Positions 9,449 to 19,603 of a DNA stretch of 64,000 bases are shown here, in pieces. Below the pieces are notes generated by a model, which did no database searches, was not told the DNA's origin, and saw nothing but the letters and a program-made list of their open reading frames with translations. The stretch spans positions 9,427 through 73,426 of the forward strand of contig CAWASK010000004.1 in assembly GCA_963784735.1 (NCBI GenBank), in the 5' to 3' direction. Source of the DNA: an uncultured delta proteobacterium. Its GTDB lineage: Bacteria > Desulfobacterota > Syntrophia > Syntrophales > UBA4778. Position numbers and translations under genes: made by a program. The stretch's first letter is position 1, and every line of letters begins with the position of its first letter.

Positions 9449-11514
9449 TTACGGCTCTCTGACCATGGGCGAGTCGTGCGCGAACGGCTCGTCCTTCGAT
9501 TTGGAGGTCTTCGGGGCGGCCTTTGTACCGGGCATGAACCTCTCCGAACATCGGGTCAAACATCTCGCAGGAGCCGGCCAGCTGTTTCAAAACGGCCGGA
9601 TTGCCTTCGAGCCTGGCTTTTCCGGCCTGCACCAAATCGGCCAGCTTGGCCTTCTTGAGCATGATTTCCTCGAAATCGGTGCGGTTAAGCGTGATAGTCA
9701 GGTCGGCATCGTTTGCCTGAAAGCCGTCGATGTCGTCAGGGTGGCATTGCTCATCTCGACAACGAACTTTTCGTCGATGTCCGGGTGAATGAGATTGAAC
9801 TTGAATTTCATGCCTTCGGCCTTGCGGCTGTCCATCTGGATGCCGAGGTATTGAGGAACAGCTCGGTGCGGTGCCGCGCACGAATCCGCAGTGCCGCGCT
9901 TTGCCGCCTTCACGGCGATTGACGCCGTCGCGTAGTTCCTTCGCGCCGGCCAGGAAGTGTGCGCGAGGCTCGGGCTTTCCGAACTGGTAACCCATCTGCT
10001 CGTAGGTGTCGGCAAGCAGATCTTTGGCGTCCTGATTGCTCGGCTCCGCATAGACCAGCTTGTTGAGGATCTCCATGGCATGGCGATATTTGCCCTCTTG
10101 GATAGAGCTTTGTCCCTTGGCCATCACCTTCGAGCACCGCCCATCATCTCGACGTACAGGGGGGCTGAAGACTCCGGTGAAAGCGGCACCAGCGTGGCCG
10201 GATTCAGTCCCAGAAACCGAGGTAGCGTTGGATCACGGCTCGGCTGTTGTGCTCGTAGGAGCCGTGATAGCCACGGGTGTACCATTGCTGCTGCAGGGAC
10301 TTCGGCGGGTCGTAGACGTTGTGGATCTGGTTGATGGTCACCCCCTGTTGGCATGATGCAGCACCTGATTGTTGAGGTTGGCGTACATGTCTCTCTGGTC
10401 GCCGCATGACTTCCCGGACCCGGTCATTGCCCCAGCGGGGCCAGCTGTGCGAGGAGAACATCACTTCGCGCCTCGGACCGAAACGGTAAAGCGCCTGATT
10501 GGCGAAATGGGCCCATGCCATGGCGTCGCGCGTCTTCGCGCCGCGCAGCGTTAAAGGTTGTGCAGGAAGCCGACCATGTTTTCGGCGGCCCAAAACGCCT
10601 TGTAATCGGGGAACCAGGTATTCATCTCCACGGGGGCTTCCGTGCCGGGCGTGCTCTGGAAAACCATGCGGACGCCGTCGACTGTCAGTTCTTCATAAGG
10701 CTGGGCAATGCTCCTGTTGGGCGCACTATGCCGATAGTCGCCTTTGGCCGTGAACTTGCCGATTGAATTGTCCACGTGGCCGAAGGGGCTGCCCGGGAGA
10801 GCGTCGCCATAGGTGTAAGCTCTTTCGCCGGATCATCGCGTTGCCTGCAAAGATGCCTTCCGAGATAGCCTCTTCAAGGAAGCCTTTGGGCGCGATAACG
10901 GGGACTTTGCCGGATTTGACGTCTTCCTCGCTCACCACGCCTTTGACGCCGCCGAAATGGTCCCCGTGGGAATGGGAAATTATTACCCCCACGACCGGCC
11001 GTTTCCCGAGCTTCTCGTTGATCAGCTCGAGTGCTGCCCGGGCCGTCTCTTTAACGGTAAGAGGGTCGATGACGATCCAGCCCGTCTTGCCCTTGATAAA
11101 GGAGATGTTGGCGAGGTCAAAACCGCGGACCTGGTAGATCCCCGGGATGACTTCATACAGGCCGTATTCCATGTTGAGAATAGCCTGGCGCTGCAGCGAG
11201 GGATGGACACTGTTGAAGTCTTTCCCTTCCAGCAGGAAGTTCCAGTTGTCGAGGTCCCAGGCCACGCCGCCGTTGTCCTGCATGATCTTCCTGTAGGGGG
11301 GCGCCGCGATGAAACCCTTTTTTGCCTCCTCGAAATCCTGCTTGTCTTCGAAGGGCATTGATTTCAGCGCCTTGTTCCGGGCCTCGACGGTATATTTCGA
11401 GGGCATTTTGCCTTTGGGGCTGAAATGTTTTAAATCATCTGATGCTCCGGCAGCTGAGGTCAAGGAGGCCACCAATGCCGCCCCGATTGCGATACGTGCG
11501 ATTTTCGATATCAT
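9449..11514 (-). pseudogene. SdsA1/YjcS-type alkyl/aryl sulfatase (MBL fold plus dimerisation plus SCP2-like domains), at least 6 frameshifts as sequenced
   Basis: - ORF 10726..11514 has a signal peptide, then 'GIYQVRGFDLANISFIKGKTGWIVIDPL' and 'GVIISHSHGDHFGGVKG' (HxHxDH).
- It continues in other frames: 'FQSTPGTEAPVEMNTWFPDYKAFWAAENM', 'YTLRGAKTRDAMAWA...', 'HSWPRWGNDRV', 'GKYRHAMEILNKLVYAEPSNQDAKDLLADTYEQMGYQ', 'LTITLNRTDFEEIMLKKAKLADLVQAGKARLEGNPAVLKQL'.
- Inferred stop TAA at 9449-9451. Confidence 0.85.
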
Positions 11515-11918
11515 TATTCCCTTTCCTTTCGTTTCGGTTTGGATTTCTTGAGGACAGGCAGGACAGGGGATACCCCGGCTCTTCCGCGGCCCATATTTTT
11601 CTTTGGCTTTCTGATTTTCTTCAGGGTTTCCATCCCCTCCCAGACATCATTGCCGACCCGGGCCCTTGCCGATTCGCCCAGCAGGTCAATCGCACCAAGG
11701 AGCGCCCCCCCCCGGAGTGACTGCAAAAATTGTTCGAGGCTTGCCCGCGCATCCCAGTCGACCTCTAAAAAGAATATCCCGCTGTTTTCCAGGTCGCGGC
11801 AGACACGGCAAGCCCGGCAGCCCTTCTCGCTGCGGATCGCGGGGAGCAGGGCATGCAATGTCTGGTCAAGTTCATGGGCCTTTTCCGCCCTCGCCTTCAT
11901 TTCTATTGTAAGTTTCAT
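11514..11918 (-). CDS. ABM-like (antibiotic biosynthesis monooxygenase fold) small protein with a basic C-terminal tail
   Basis: Start taken at 'MKLTIEMKARAEKAHELDQTLHALL...GIFFLEVDWDARASLEQFLQS'. The stop overlaps the alkyl sulfatase ATG (TAATG). The fold call is weak. Confidence 0.5.
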   Translation of the reverse strand: MKLTIEMKARAEKAHELDQTLHALLPAIRSEKGCRACRVCRDLENSGIFFLEVDWDARASLEQFLQSLRGGALLGAIDLLGESARARVGNDVWEGMETLKKIRKPKKNMGRGRAGVSPVLPVLKKSKPKRKERE

Positions 11919-12080
11919 GGGGAATCCATGCAGCCGGTAATCAAGCGGCACTTTTTTTCCTGGAATTTGCCTCTATGAAACAAAAAGCATACCAGTCGGG
12001 AAAACGCCGGGGCCGGATGCAAAAATGCCCTATTTCATTTGGTTTAATTTGAAAAGTGGAAAAAGGCAGGTAATGAAAAA

Positions 12081-12117
12081 CTATCAACATATTGATAGTG
12101 CGTCAATATTTTGATAG
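12081..12117. promoter_or_regulatory. cluster of CTATCAA/TTGATAG half-sites (candidate operator or enhancer site)
   Basis: There is a perfect palindrome CTATCAAcataTTGATAG at 12081-12098, and a third half-site inside TCAATATTTTGATAG at 12103-12117. The cluster lies between the sigma-54 activator stop (12131) and the sulfatase operon start (11918). Confidence 0.3.
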
Positions 12118-12130
12118 CAGGATTTGATAT

Positions 12131-14170
12131 TCAGGGGCGCTCAATCCCCAATTTTTTGAGACGGAAGCGCAGCGTGCTTGGGTGAATATTGAGCAGGGCG
12201 GCCGCGCCGCTTTCCCCGTTGATCTTCCAGCGCGTCTGCTGCAGCGTCCTGAGGATGTGCTCGCGTTCCATTTCGGCAAGTTCCTTTGGAAGCTCCTGCT
12301 TCGCCTCCGGCCCCTTATGTTCGAGCCGGTCCGCCAGCTGCAGCAACGGCCCCATGCTGGTTATGACAGCCCTTTCAATAACATGCTCAAGCTCTCTCAC
12401 GTTGCCGGGCCAGGCATATTCCTGGAGGGATTTCATGGTAGTTTTCGGAATGCTTTTTATCTGCCTGCCTATCTTGCGCGCGTAGCGGTCAATAAAATAC
12501 TGCACCAGCTGGGGTATGTCCCCGGACCGCATCCTCAGTGGCGGGATGGAAATGGGGAAGACATTCAAACGGTAGTAAAGGTCTTCCCGGAACCGGCCGT
12601 CGCGGATTTCGGTTTTCAGGTCCCGGCTGGTCGCGGCGATAACCCTGGTGTCCACCTTGATGGTCCTGTGGCTTCCCAGCCTCTCGAACTCCCCGTCCTG
12701 CAGGACCCTCAGGAGCTTTGACTGGAGCTCCAGCGGCACTTCCCCGATTTCGTCCAGGAAGATCGTCCCGCCGTGCGCGACCTCGAACCGGCCCATCTGC
12801 TTGGCATGGGCACCGGTGAACGCCCCCTTCTCGCGCCCGAAGAGCTCGCTCTCGATGAGGTTGGCGGGGAGGGCCGCGCAGTTTACGGTGATCAGAGGCC
12901 GGTCCTTGCGCTTGCTCATCTCGTGGATGGCATGGGCGACGATGCCTTTGCCGGTTCCCGTCTCGCCGAGAATGAGGACTGTTGAGTCCGTGGGGGCGAC
13001 CTGCTCGATCTTGAAAAAAACATACTGGAGCCCTTCGCTGTTCCCCACAATGTTCTTTATACCCCGCCCCGTCCGGATCTCCTCGCGCAGGTAAATATTT
13101 TCTTTCTCCAGCTGAGACTTGAGTAGTTCGATCTCATCAAGGCGCTCCCGCAGTTCCGCTTCCATCTGTCTGCGCTGGGTAATATCCATGGACGCCCCCA
13201 TGAGGCGCTCCGGGATGCCCGCTGCCCCGGGAAAGGGCTTGCCGCGTGTCGCTATCCAGCTCACCGAGCCGTCCTGCCGCGCGGCACGGTATTCCAGTTC
13301 GAAAGCCTCCTGTTTCTGCAGGCTCCGCCGGACCAGGGATTTAAAGCGTTTGCGGTCGTCGGGATGGACGCTCTGCAGGAACCTCTCGAACGACAGTTCC
13401 TCATCCGGGGGGAACTGGAGGAGCTCCCGGAACTTGGGGGTGGCCCAGACGATGCCCCTTTCCACTTCCATGATCCAGAGGCCCGCCTCCGCCGCGGCTG
13501 CCGCAAAGCTCAGCCGCTCCTCGCTCTCGCGCAGGGACAGCTCCCCCCGGCTGCGCTCCAGGGCATTCACGAAAAGCTCTCCCAGCAGGCGCAGCCGCGG
13601 GATGTATTCTTCCGGGCAGTTGCGGTTCTTTTCCGACGAATTGATGCCGAGGCTGTATTCGAACCGGCTCAATGCAGCTATAGGTATGTACGTCCCGGAC
13701 TGGATCCTCCAGGCCGCGTATGTCCGCTTGTCGGTCGCGGCCTCCTCCGGCAGGTCGTCCAGAGTTGAAAAAGAGTAGTGCCTCATTGCCTGGAGCATAC
13801 CGGCCCCGTAAGGCGCAACAGACACAGGTACAAGGGTCTCAACGGGGTATGGCGATTGGCCGGCGACGTCAGCGTTGTGCGAGACGATGAAGGAAGATTT
13901 GTCCGGCATGAGGCGGAGCAGGGAAATGCGGTCGATGTCGAAAAAATTCATGATCCCGGTCAGGGCGTCCCGTATCGCATCGTCGACCTGCTCGGGGGAT
14001 ATGGATACAAACCTTGCGGAGATGTCGGCCAGCAGGGTCTCAAATTCCAGGCGCTTTTCGGAAGGCACCCGCTCCATTGAATTTGCCGGGCCGTTCTCAT
14101 CCGGGGCCGGATTCTCCGCCGGCGCCTTTCTGCGCTTCATTCCAGCTGCTCCACAGTTGAGTTTGCGCAA
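12131..14170 (-). CDS. sigma-54-dependent transcriptional activator (GAF-PAS-AAA+-Fis HTH)
   Basis: 679-aa intact ORF. AAA+ core: '[19 protein letters not shown]', '[15 protein letters not shown]' (GAFTGA loop), '[32 protein letters not shown]'. C-terminal HTH: '[21 protein letters not shown]'. The start could instead be the Met at 14140. Confidence 0.95.
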   Translation of the reverse strand: MRKLNCGAAGMKRRKAPAENPAPDENGPANSMERVPSEKRLEFETLLADISARFVSISPEQVDDAIRDALTGIMNFFDIDRISLLRLMPDKSSFIVSHNADVAGQSPYPVETLVPVSVAPYGAGMLQAMRHYSFSTLDDLPEEAATDKRTYAAWRIQSGTYIPIAALSRFEYSLGINSSEKNRNCPEEYIPRLRLLGELFVNALERSRGELSLRESEERLSFAAAAAEAGLWIMEVERGIVWATPKFRELLQFPPDEELSFERFLQSVHPDDRKRFKSLVRRSLQKQEAFELEYRAARQDGSVSWIATRGKPFPGAAGIPERLMGASMDITQRRQMEAELRERLDEIELLKSQLEKENIYLREEIRTGRGIKNIVGNSEGLQYVFFKIEQVAPTDSTVLILGETGTGKGIVAHAIHEMSKRKDRPLITVNCAALPANLIESELFGREKGAFTGAHAKQMGRFEVAHGGTIFLDEIGEVPLELQSKLLRVLQDGEFERLGSHRTIKVDTRVIAATSRDLKTEIRDGRFREDLYYRLNVFPISIPPLRMRSGDIPQLVQYFIDRYARKIGRQIKSIPKTTMKSLQEYAWPGNVRELEHVIERAVITSMGPLLQLADRLEHKGPEAKQELPKELAEMEREHILRTLQQTRWKINGESGAAALLNIHPSTLRFRLKKLGIERP

Positions 14171-14322
14171 ATATGCTGAATTGTTTGTTATGGTCTGAAA
14201 TGATTAAAGATTTCTCCTCGTGCTGTCAAGGTAATTATAATTGTTCCGCAAAGGCAGGCTTCCGGTGGCTTGTGCGCAATTGTTCTTAAAGTGAATAGAT
14301 GATAAAGGAAGGGAACAGCTCC

Positions 14323-14337
14323 TGGACCCGATTGTGC
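14323..14337 (+). promoter_or_regulatory. candidate sigma-54 (-24/-12) promoter for the FrhB-like/iorAB cluster
   Basis: TGGACCCGATTGTGC has GG and GC at the canonical 12-nt register (consensus TGGCACG-N4-TTGC). It lies 68 nt upstream of the ATG at 14406 and is divergent from the sigma-54 activator. Apart from GG/GC the match is weak. Confidence 0.3.
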
Positions 14338-14405
14338 CCGGATACGGTGAGGGCCTCGGATGAGGGGCGGACAATCGCTGACGATGGAACAGAAGAGGGT
14401 TTCCC

Positions 14406-15556
14406 ATGAAAAATTTTGGATCCGCAGGGCTTGACAGCGCTGTCATCAAGGCGGGACTTTGCATCGGGTGCGGGGCCTGCATCGGCCTGTGCCCGTATTT
14501 TCAATCGTACCGGGGGAAGACCGCGATGCTTTTTCCCTGCGAAAAGGAAAAGGGAAGGTGCTTCGCTTACTGCCCCAAGGTCGAGGTGGACCCGGAGCGC
14601 CTCTCGTCATTCCTCTTCAACCGGGGGTACGACGGGAGCCCGCTCGGGCACTGGCGGAGCATCTATATTTCCCGCGCCGGGGCAAAGGTGAAGCGGCATT
14701 CCTTCCAGGCGGGGGGCACGGTTTCCGCCCTTGTTTACTTTGCCCTGCGCAGCAGGCGCATCCGCGCTGCCGTGCTGACGGGCCAGGCGCAAAACAACAG
14801 CCTCCTTCCCGTCCCCGTCCCTGGTCACCAGGCCGGCGGATGTCTTTCGCCGCAGCCTCTCGAAGTATGCGGCTGCCTCGACCCTCGCGGCCCTGAACCG
14901 GGCTATCGACGAAGGGTACGACCGGCTGGGCGTGGTTGCCACCCCCTGCCAGGCGACGGCCATCGCCCAGATGCGCCTCAACCCCCTGGAAGACCCCTCG
15001 TTCCGGGACCCCACGGCCCTCGTCATAGGCCTGTTCTGCACGTGGGCCCTCGACTTCCGGAAGATCGAGGCCTTCCTCGCGGAAAGGGTATCCCTGGCCG
15101 ACGTGGTTAAGGTCGATATCCCGCCCCCCCCGGCGTCTATCCTGGAAGTGTACCTGAAGGAGGGCAGGCGCGAGTTTCCCCTTGACGAGATCCGGCCCCT
15201 GGTCCCGGAGACCTGCGGGTACTGCCCGGACATGACCTCCGAGTTTGCCGACGTTTCCGTCGGCGTCCTGGAGGGCCGGCCCGATATGAACACGCTAATC
15301 GTACGGACGGAGCGCGGCGAAGAGATCGTCCGCGAGGCCCGGCGGCTTGGGTACCTCGAACTGGAGGAAATGCCCGCAGGAAAACCTGGAGCACCTGGTG
15401 TGGGCCGCCGGCAACAAGAAAAAGCGCGGGGTCCTGCGCTGCCGCGAAACGGGGAGGCTCAACGCCGAGGAAGGGAAGGCCTGCCTGCGCCTCAAGCCCG
15501 ATGCGGTGGAAAAGATCCTGGAAAACGGAAAGGAGTCGCCCTCATGTCATTCCTGA
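14406..15556 (+). pseudogene. coenzyme F420 hydrogenase/dehydrogenase beta-subunit-like (FrhB/FdhB family) Fe-S flavoprotein, 2 frameshifts as sequenced
   Basis: - 'GLCIGCGACIGLCPY' ... 'FQAGGTVSALVYFAL'.
- After a frame switch near 14815: '[50 protein letters not shown]...GLFCTW...[17 protein letters not shown]'.
- The last 60 aa are in the frame of ORF 15347..15556. Confidence 0.8.
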
Positions 15557-17493
15557 TCGAAGAAGGCCAAGGCATCCGGCACCTGCTCATGGGCAACGAG
15601 GCGATTGTCAGGGGGGCGCTGGAGGCGGGTGTCAATGTGGCGACCGGCTATCCCGGCACGCCCTCCTCGGAAATCATCGAGTGCCTGTCAAAAGTGGCCG
15701 GGGAGCGCAACATTTATGTCGAGTGGTCCACCAACGAGATAGTCGCCTCGGAAGTCGCCGCCGCGGCGTCCTTCGCCGGGCTGCGCTCCATGGTGCGTGA
15801 TGAAACAGAACGGGGTGAACGTGGCCTCCGACTTTCTCCTGCACCTTTCGAGTTCCGGCACGCGCGGCGGCATGGTGCTGGTGACCTGCGACGACCCGGG
15901 AGCCCTCTCCAGCGTCAACGAGGGGGAGTCGCGGCTCTTTGCGAAGCTCCTCGAGTTCCCCCTGCTGGAACCGGGGGATTTCCAGGAGGCCAAGGACATC
16001 GTGCCCTGGGCTTTCGAACTATCCGAGAAGATCGGCAACATCGTGATGCTCCGCAGCGTCACCCGCCTGTCCCATGCCAGCGGCAACGTGGCTTACGGCC
16101 CCCTGCCGGCCACCGCGGCCAAGGCGAAATACAATTGCAGCGGGCCCCTGCTCGACCCGGTGAACGGGCCCGTGGTCAGCATGGTGGTTGCGGCGCCTGA
16201 GATCCAGCACGGGCCCCAGCAGGACAAACTGAAAAAGGCCGAAGAGATATTCGAGAGCTGCCCCTTCAACACCTATACGGGCCCGCCCGCCCCCGAGCTG
16301 CTGATCATCACCAGCAGCATCTGCTCGCTATACAGCCGGGAGGCCATACAGATCCTGGGCCTGGAGAAACGGGTGGGGGTCCTCAAGATTGCCACGACTT
16401 GGCCGCTCCCCGCGAGGCTGGTGAAGAAGCACCTGGCATCTTCGCAAAAATATCCTGTTCGTTGAAGAAGTTGCGCCGACCCTGGAGGACAATGTCAAGG
16501 TAATCGCCGCGGAATCGTTTGCGGAGATCGGCGCCAATAATTTTTACGGCAAGAAATCAGGGCATATCCCTTCTGTTGGCGAACTCAATCCCGATCTTGT
16601 TATCTCTGCATTGTCAAAGCTCTGCGGGGTAAAGCAGGACGCGGTTCCGGAGTCATTCGCGGCGCAGCTCAAGTCCCTTGCCGGCACGCTACGCGCCGGC
16701 CCGGTCCATGACCTTTTGCCCGGGGTGCCCTCACCGGGCATCGTACTGGTCAATCCACAGTTCTGTGACACTGGACGGCCGCGACGGTTTCGTCTGCGGC
16801 GATATCGGCTGCTATGTCTTCGGCATGTTTCCCGCGGGGTTCAACACGGTCAAGACGCTCCACTGCATGGGTTCGGGCAGCGGCGTTGCGAGCGGTTTCG
16901 GCAAGCTCAGGCAGTTCGGCATGGACCAGCCGGTCCTGACGGTCTGCGGGGATTCCACCTTCTTTCATGCCGCCATGCCGGCCCTGGTCAACGCGATCCA
17001 TCAAAAATCGCCGATAACTGTCATCCTGCTCGATAACCGCGGCACCGCCATGACGGGATTTCAGCCCCACCCGGGCCTGCCGGTCAACGTCCTGGGCGAG
17101 GAGGCGCCGGCACTCGATATGGAAAAGATCTGCCGGGCCATGGGCGCGAAGGTGGAAACGAGCGATCCGTTCGACCTGGAAAAGACGCGCAAAAAGCTCG
17201 ACCATCTGCTGGAATATGCGGAAGGGGCCAAGGTGCTGATCCTCAAGCAGGCGTGCGCCCTGAGCCCGGAGAAGCGGGGCAGGAAAAAATACGAGATGAC
17301 AGTTGATGAAGCGCGCTGCCGGGGCGACAACTGCGGCTGCAACCGCCTGTGCACGAGGATCTTCGGCTGTCCGGGCCTCATCTGGGACCGGGAGAAAATG
17401 GTGAGCCGCATCGACGAGATCATCTGTGCCGGCTGCGGCGTGTGCGCCGACATCTGTCCCGCCGGGGCCATCGCCAAAAAGGAGGTGTGCTGA
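15544..17493 (+). pseudogene. iorA: indolepyruvate:ferredoxin oxidoreductase alpha subunit, at least 3 frameshifts as sequenced
   Basis: - '[44 protein letters not shown]'.
- '[43 protein letters not shown]'.
- TPP-binding part: 'FCPGCPHRASYW...GDIGCY...CMGSGSGVASG...VCGDSTFFHAAMPALVNA'.
- C-terminal 2x[4Fe-4S]: 'CGCNRLC...CAGCGVCADICP'. Confidence 0.9.
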
Positions 17494-17494
17494 G

Positions 17495-18122
17495 ATGCCT
17501 GAACTGACTCTTGCCAGGGATCCTTACAATGTCATCATCACCGGGGTCGGCGGGCAGGGAAATGTCCTGGCCTCGCGGCTGCTGGGCGGCATGATGGCTG
17601 AAAAAGGGTACCTGGTCACCATCGGCGAAACTTTCGGGGCATCGCAGCGCGGCGGCTCGGTAATGAGCCATGTCCGATTGTCCCGGGAAGTCCGTTTCCA
17701 GCCCCCAGATACCGAAGGGAAGGGCGGACGTGATCGTGTCGCTGGAACCGGCGGAAGCCGTCCGCTGTCCTTGCCTCTTACGGGAATCCCGGCACAGTCA
17801 TCCTGCCAACACCCACCCGGTCTATCCCGTCGGGGTTATAAAAGGGGAGCTGGAATATCCGCCCGTCGGCGAGATGCGGGACGCGGTCAAGAAGGTTATC
17901 GCTTCGTCGTTTTTTGTCGACGCCACAGGGAAGGCGCTTGCCCTCGGGAACCCGATCCTCGCCAACATCGTCATGATCGGGGCCCTGGGCGGCCTGGCCC
18001 TCATCCCCTTTGACCGCGACGATTTCAGGAAGGCCATAGCCCTGCGGCTGGCGCCCGAACATATCCCCCTCAATCTCCAGGCCTTCGATGCGGGTTTTGC
18101 AATGGTTCGGGATTTAAACTGA
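17495..18122 (+). pseudogene. iorB: indolepyruvate:ferredoxin oxidoreductase beta subunit, at least 3 frameshifts as sequenced
   Basis: 'YNVIITGVGGQGNVLASRLLGGMMAEKGYLVTIGETFGASQRGGSVMSHVRLS', then 'SPQIPKGRADVIVSLEPAEAVR' ... 'NTHPVYPVGVIKGELEYPP...NIVMIGALGG'. The ATG lies 2 nt after the iorA stop. Confidence 0.85.
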
Positions 18123-18142
18123 TGAGACGGCAGGAATAAACG

Positions 18143-18170
18143 CGGATTCCCCGGCAAGCCGGGGAATCCG
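18143..18170. terminator. perfect 12-bp hairpin between convergent iorB and the CoA-transferase gene (no clear U-tract)
   Basis: CGGATTCCCCGG-caag-CCGGGGAATCCG. Confidence 0.45.
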
Positions 18171-18188
18171 GTCGAAATGGTTAAGTTA

Positions 18189-19400
18189 TCAGCCGACCAC
18201 TTTCGCTTCCCGCATTTTTTCGATCTCTTCGGCGCTGAAGCCATACCTGAGCAGGAGCTCGTCCGTGTGCTCGCCGTGCATGGGAGCCAGGGCGCGGACG
18301 CTGCCGGGGGTTGCAGAGAGTTTCGGGAGGATGCCCATCTGCTTCACCTTGCCCACCTTCGGGTCGTCTATTTCAATGACCATGTTTCGTGCCAGGATCT
18401 GCGGGTCGCTGAACACTTCGTCTATCGAGTATACTTTCCCTACCGGGATATCCTTTGCGATGAGCAGGTCGAACCACTCGTCGCGGGTCTTTGTCTTGAA
18501 TACCTCTTCGAGAGATTTCCTGATCTCGCGGTCCCTTTCGTCGGGTTCCTTGAACGTGGTCCCGGCCATGGTCCACAGGTGGTCGGCGTATTGCTCCTTG
18601 CCGATGGCCCGGCAGAGGTTGACCCAGAAGTGCGGTTCCAGGCAGCCGACCGAGAGATATTTCCCGTCCTTCGTCTCGTACACCCCGTAGCAGGCCCAGT
18701 CGCCCGTGACCCAGGAAGAGCCGCGCTTCAGGACCGAGCCGTCCCGGAAATAGTCCTGGGTGAACCAGGTGATCTGGTGGAGGGCCCCTTCCATGTAGGT
18801 GTGGTCGAGGTACTGGCCGTTTCCCGTGAGGTCGCGCACGCGCAGGGCCAGCATGATGCCGATTGTCCCGTAGAGGGAGACTCCCGCGAAATCCGCGATT
18901 ATGTTGAGGGGGACGGAGGGCGGGCCTTCAGCGTTCCCGATCACGCCCAGGACCCCCGCCAGTGAGATGTAGTTTATATCGTGCCCCGGGTAAAGCCGGT
19001 AAGGGCCGTCCTGGCCGAAACCGCTCAGGGAACAGTAAATTATCCTGGGGTTCACCGCCTTGACCGCATCGTAATCAATGCCCATGCGCTTGACCACGCC
19101 CGGACGGTAGCCTTCGATGACTATGTCGGCGTCCTTTGCCATTTTAAGGAACACGTCCCTGCCCGCTTCGGAGCGGAGATTGAGGCCCAGGCTTTTCTTG
19201 TTGCGGTTGAGGGTGAAAAAGGCCGTTTCCCTGCGCCTCTCCTCGCCCTTCACGGAATAGCCGACGCCCTCGAACGCCAGCGGTTCGGCAGGCTCGATTT
19301 TAATTACTTCCGCACCCATATCGCCCAGGATCATCGTGCAGAGCGCGCCCGGGACATAATTGGAAAGATCTAAAACCCTGATTCCTTCGAGAGGCAGCAT
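18189..19400 (-). CDS. class III CoA-transferase (CaiB/BaiF family)
   Basis: 403-aa intact ORF with 'LEGIRVLDLSNYVPGALCTMILGDMGAEVIKIE', 'IEGYRPGVVKRMGIDY' and 'PGHDINYISLAGVLG'. Confidence 0.9.
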   Translation of the reverse strand: MLPLEGIRVLDLSNYVPGALCTMILGDMGAEVIKIEPAEPLAFEGVGYSVKGEERRRETAFFTLNRNKKSLGLNLRSEAGRDVFLKMAKDADIVIEGYRPGVVKRMGIDYDAVKAVNPRIIYCSLSGFGQDGPYRLYPGHDINYISLAGVLGVIGNAEGPPSVPLNIIADFAGVSLYGTIGIMLALRVRDLTGNGQYLDHTYMEGALHQITWFTQDYFRDGSVLKRGSSWVTGDWACYGVYETKDGKYLSVGCLEPHFWVNLCRAIGKEQYADHLWTMAGTTFKEPDERDREIRKSLEEVFKTKTRDEWFDLLIAKDIPVGKVYSIDEVFSDPQILARNMVIEIDDPKVGKVKQMGILPKLSATPGSVRALAPMHGEHTDELLLRYGFSAEEIEKMREAKVVG

Positions 19401-19603
19401 GGAAACCCCCTTAAATGAATTGGTTTGCTTATTTCACCATAATAAAACCTATATATATTAACAGTGCAAGAGAAATATCTTGCTCATCTGTATGATAACC
19501 AAAGACTACCGCTTGTTATGCCGGTTAAAATTCGATATGTTGCCGTTTAATTTTAAAATTCGGGGAGTCCCGAAATTCGGGCATCCGGGCAGGGGGGTTC
19601 CGA

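Noticed and set aside
11977-11995. A sigma-54 promoter for the sulfatase operon (minus strand TGGTATGCTTTTTGT).
   Set aside because: The GG is present, but the -12 element reads GT instead of the near-invariant GC. It is too weak to annotate as a feature.
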